Origin: Thermodesulfobacteriota bacterium
GTDB taxonomy: Bacteria; Desulfobacterota; Desulfobulbia; Desulfobulbales; JBFMBH01
Reading direction: 5' to 3'
DNA: 64,000 nucleotides
NCBI GenBank assembly: GCA_040755095.1
Contig: JBFMBH010000006.1
Location: forward strand, 1,290 to 65,289
Shown here: one piece after another, positions 63,884 through 64,000 of the stretch
How positions within the stretch are numbered: position 1 is the first letter of the stretch
Layout of the letters: each line of letters starts with the position of its first letter
The notes under the pieces: model-generated
Told to the model about the DNA's origin: nothing
What the model saw: only the letters and a program-made list of their open reading frames with translations
The model's database searches: none
Made by a program: the position numbers and the translations under genes

Positions 63884-64000
63884 GAATCATGGTCGCCCAC
63901 GACCCCCTCCACAGATCCGGACGAGCGGATTTCCCGCATCCGGCTCTTGCCTCAGGTGATGACGCCAAGGCGCCGCAGAGGGTAGGGATGGCAGATACGC

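Overview
High-GC (~65-70% by eye) bacterial chromosomal segment. The gene content suggests an anaerobic Desulfobacterota-like (deltaproteobacterial) organism; that is inference only. I support about 55 protein genes, 3 tRNAs (Ala-CGC, Cys-GCA, Ala-GGC), a few terminators and several repeats. I saw no rRNA, CRISPR array or intact IS element.

Many of the longest ORFs in the supplied track are antisense 'shadow' ORFs typical of high-GC DNA: 8..3331+, 3341..4858+, 46950..51737+, 34642..36951-, 38082..39491-. I reject these.

Layout:
1. 1-13.2 kb: one tightly packed minus-strand super-operon. It runs acyltransferase, four glycosyltransferases, a histidine phosphatase and a deacetylase-like gene, followed by an unusual ABC module. 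That module has a minimal FtsX permease, an ATPase and a >=1586-codon ORF that runs off the left edge, so the ORF track misses it. The big ORF encodes a secreted, apparently inactive M28/PA-peptidase-like domain fused to a MacB/FtsX permease. This is my best candidate for an undescribed system.
2. yjgA-like gene and an MCP with a Cys-rich C-terminal module.
3. 16.6-27.9 kb: nuoABCD-HIJK-(extra MrpD-like)-(84-aa membrane protein)-LMN. nuoEFG is absent and there are four antiporter-like subunits.
4. S8 protease, FAD oxidoreductase, and a small toxin-antitoxin islet (MNT plus a decayed HEPN; RelBE).
5. mpl, a hybrid REC-GAF-PAS-HK-REC kinase, and csp.
6. mreBCD-mrdA-rodA.
7. A CBS-PAS-HD-GYP protein and a radical-SAM(AhbD/NirJ-like)-hemE-hemH cluster.
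8. cheR, DUF503, marC, rlmI-like, ydjM-like, hrpB and GH3.
9. A compositionally atypical 1513-aa multi-GAF histidine kinase with a stand-alone receiver.

All calls rest on reading the ORF translations and on hand translation and hairpin inspection. No database search was run.
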